Source: an uncultured Chthoniobacteraceae bacterium (GTDB lineage Bacteria > Verrucomicrobiota > Verrucomicrobiia > Chthoniobacterales > CAKUMP01). Taken from it: DNA of 46,633 nt. Location: assembly GCA_964443575.1 (NCBI GenBank), contig CAYUDZ010000003.1, forward strand, positions 1 through 46,633, given 5' to 3'. The notes below the pieces were generated by a model. That model saw only the letters and a list, made by a program, of their open reading frames with translations. It was not told the origin of the DNA and did no database searches. The stretch's first letter is position 1; every line of letters starts with the position of its first letter. This document shows, one piece after another, positions 44,647 to 46,633 of this stretch. Made by a program: the position numbers and the translations under genes.

Positions 44647-46212
44647 TTACGCTTTTTCCTGATAGGAATCTAAAACTTGGTCGCTCAACCACTTGTCAGG
44701 ATCATCAACCGCTGCTTTCGGTATTTCAATCGATTTGATGCCGGCATTATGCAATAATTTCATGCCATAAGGAAAATCTTTAAATTTATTTTCGCAGATA
44801 CCGCGAACACCATCAGCACTGCCGGCTGCCAATTCGATCAAACGATCCAAAGCTTCGGCAGTAAATATTATTTCGACACCATGGCGGTCACGGAAACGGC
44901 TGGCAAACTCATCGATGATTTCCCGCGCGTTGACTTCGCGCGCTTGCAAATTCAAATCCCTGGCATGTTCCAACGCGCGCAGCGGATCCTCGATCAGGTC
45001 CGGGGTGACGCGAAGGCACTTGACTCCACTACCGGGCAACTCGTACTTGAAATCACGCAGCGCCTGTTCGCAAACCGTCAACAGCGCACGAGCCCCGGTC
45101 TTTTCGGTTGCGGCTCGCTCGGCAATCCTGCGCAACGCCGAGTCCTCGAAAAACAACTCGATGCTGTAGGCCTGGAACGCCCGCTCATACTGCAAAATAA
45201 TACTGCCTTCGGACCGCTTCAATATCGAGTACAAGTCATGCTCATCGAGGTGATCGCAAACCACCCGCACCGGTAAACGGCCGATAAATTCCGGCTCAAA
45301 GCCAAACTCGACAAAGTCTTCGGTACTGACCTTGCGAAATAACTCACCTTCTTCGGCTCGTTGCGCCGACTCCGCCCCAAAACCAATCGACGCCTTGCCA
45401 ACCCGGCGGCCAATAATCGGGCTGAGCCTGCTGAATGCCCCGCTGACTATAAATAAAATGTTACGGGTATTGATGGTGTCACGCTGTGGCTTACCACCAC
45501 GCTGCATTTCGAAAGCGGCCTGCAACTGCGCTTGGACATCCATCGGGTTGCGCACCGCCACTTCCGTCTCTTCCATCAGCTTAAGCAGCGCAATTTGTAC
45601 GCCACGGCCACTGACATCCTTACCGATCGAATAGCTCGAGCCGGCGATCTTATCGATTTCATCGATGTAGACGATACCATACTGGGCCAGCTCGACATTA
45701 CCATCCGCCTTGTGTACCAATTCGCGAATCAGGTCATCAACGTCGCCACCAACATAGCCGGTTTCACTGAACTTGGTGGCATCAGCTTTGACGAACGGTA
45801 CTCCGATCAGTTCGGCAACATGCCTGACCAGGTACGTCTTGCCGACACCGGTAGGCCCGAGCAGTAGCACATTTTGTTTGGTATGCTCCACTGCGCGTGC
45901 CTTTAGCGGATCATCCTGCTCCAATTCACGCAAAAACTTGACGTGGTTATAATGATCGCAAACCGCAATGCTCAGCACTTTTTTTGCCTCGTCCTGCTGG
46001 ATGACAAATCGATCCAAGTGCTCTTTGATATCGCGCGGCAGTAAGTTGAAATCAAGCGGATCTTCCTGCTCTTGCTCGGGTTCCACATCACTGGCGGCCT
46101 CCGGCTCCGCTGTACCTGCCGTAACACCGCTGCCGGGACCGGAAAATTGCTTCATCATTTCCTGCAGTCGACGCTGCATTTCTTCCGGGTCGGGGAATCC
46201 TGATTGGGACAT
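44647..46212 (-). CDS. ClpX-family AAA+ unfoldase paralog lacking the N-terminal zinc-binding domain, with a C-terminal extension
   Basis: The ORF is open to 46440, but that would overlap rarA. The ATG at 46212 ([11 protein letters not shown]) is preferred. Motifs are Walker A ([11 protein letters not shown]), the pore loop (ETGYVGGDV), Walker B ([11 protein letters not shown]), [17 protein letters not shown], an IGF-type loop (KASIGFGAE), PEFIGRLPV and KTGARAL. Confidence 0.8.
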   Translation of the reverse strand: MSQSGFPDPEEMQRRLQEMMKQFSGPGSGVTAGTAEPEAASDVEPEQEQEDPLDFNLLPRDIKEHLDRFVIQQDEAKKVLSIAVCDHYNHVKFLRELEQDDPLKARAVEHTKQNVLLLGPTGVGKTYLVRHVAELIGVPFVKADATKFSETGYVGGDVDDLIRELVHKADGNVELAQYGIVYIDEIDKIAGSSYSIGKDVSGRGVQIALLKLMEETEVAVRNPMDVQAQLQAAFEMQRGGKPQRDTINTRNILFIVSGAFSRLSPIIGRRVGKASIGFGAESAQRAEEGELFRKVSTEDFVEFGFEPEFIGRLPVRVVCDHLDEHDLYSILKRSEGSIILQYERAFQAYSIELFFEDSALRRIAERAATEKTGARALLTVCEQALRDFKYELPGSGVKCLRVTPDLIEDPLRALEHARDLNLQAREVNAREIIDEFASRFRDRHGVEIIFTAEALDRLIELAAGSADGVRGICENKFKDFPYGMKLLHNAGIKSIEIPKAAVDDPDKWLSDQVLDSYQEKA

Positions 46213-46240
46213 ATCTACAAGCAAAGCACAGTTTCCAAGT

Positions 46241-46633
46241 TCAGTCACCTGCCGATCCGGCATTCGCTGCAAATTGTGCCCGCCAGTATTCCAGCCGTTC
46301 AGCGATCCGCTTCTCGAAGCCGTTATCGCTTGGTTGGTAATACACCCTGCCTTCAGGCAGGTAGGCTTGCGGGACAAAATTGCCTTCATAGTCGTGTGCG
46401 TATTTGTATTCGGTGGCAGCCGGATCGGTGCCACTGCCACGCGCCAGCTTCTTGCGTGTTTTGGTTCGCAAGTGCTCCGGCACCGCCAGTGTGCGCCCTT
46501 GCTTGACGTCGGTCATTGCCTGCTCAACGCCCATGTAGGCGCTGTTGCTCTTCGGGGCGGTAGCAACATAAACCGCAGCATGCGCCAGCGGGATCCGCGC
46601 TTCGGGCATGCCGATGAATTCGACTGCCTGCTG
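46241..46633 (-). CDS. rarA: Replication-associated recombination protein A (RarA/MgsA), C-terminal part; the gene continues beyond the window
   Basis: The frame is open to the window edge ([33 protein letters not shown]...HLRTKT...YKYAHDY...[18 protein letters not shown]), which is the typical MgsA_C pattern. Confidence 0.85.
   Translation of the reverse strand, partial: QQAVEFIGMPEARIPLAHAAVYVATAPKSNSAYMGVEQAMTDVKQGRTLAVPEHLRTKTRKKLARGSGTDPAATEYKYAHDYEGNFVPQAYLPEGRVYYQPSDNGFEKRIAERLEYWRAQFAANAGSAGD

Noticed and set aside
43347-46212. The cyclase-domain protein plus the neighbouring ATPase considered as a cyclic-nucleotide anti-phage system (Pycsar/CBASS-like)
   Set aside because: The cyclase metal ligands are substituted. 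There is no cNMP-binding, TIR, patatin or nuclease effector, and the neighbours are housekeeping repair genes.

Overview
This looks like a chromosomal window from a Gram-negative bacterium. Gene content looks PVC/Verrucomicrobiota-like: an ECF sigma factor overlapping a Ser/Thr kinase with PEGA and FGE-type sensor domains, a formylglycine-type sulfatase remnant, and FG-GAP and VIT-vWA surface proteins. Taxonomy cannot be verified from the sequence alone. I can support about 38 intact protein genes, one tRNA-Lys(CUU), one candidate 6S RNA, three decayed gene remnants and two families of non-coding repeats. Housekeeping genes are a class A PBP, a MidA-type methyltransferase, miaB, ndh, hemW, uppS, pheS-pheT, rpmI-rplT, recR and a partial rarA. 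The accessory or unusual content falls into four blocks. (1) A tRNA-Lys-adjacent envelope glycosylation/acylation cluster (Gfo/Idh/MocA oxidoreductase, GT2, two tandem GT-C paralogs, LPLAT acyltransferase, alpha/beta hydrolase) ends in a scar made of a MITE end plus glycosidase and sulfatase fragments. (2) A long co-directional minus-strand string runs Zn-ribbon protein, a 1220-aa TerB-like/FHA-like/ABCG exporter, uppS, a sigma-54 activator with Glu at the phospho-acceptor position, then pilT. (3) An M23-peptidase/FG-GAP/HAD operon sits next to a Gram-negative-type sortase translationally coupled to its VIT-vWA substrate and an ECF sigma/Ser-Thr kinase pair. (4) A rarA, zinc-finger-less clpX paralog, degenerate membrane cyclase and recR string is co-directional. 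I saw no CRISPR, integrase, transposase, phage or recognisable defence genes. No single novel system can be proven from sequence alone. The best candidates for follow-up are the kinase/FHA-like-ABC/sortase envelope supercluster, the polyprenyl-phosphate-type glycosylation cluster, the rarA-to-recR string, and several catalytically degenerate enzymes (PBP transpeptidase box, response-regulator Asp, cyclase metal ligands). All domain calls come from motif reading by eye. No HMM, BLAST or folding computation was run.
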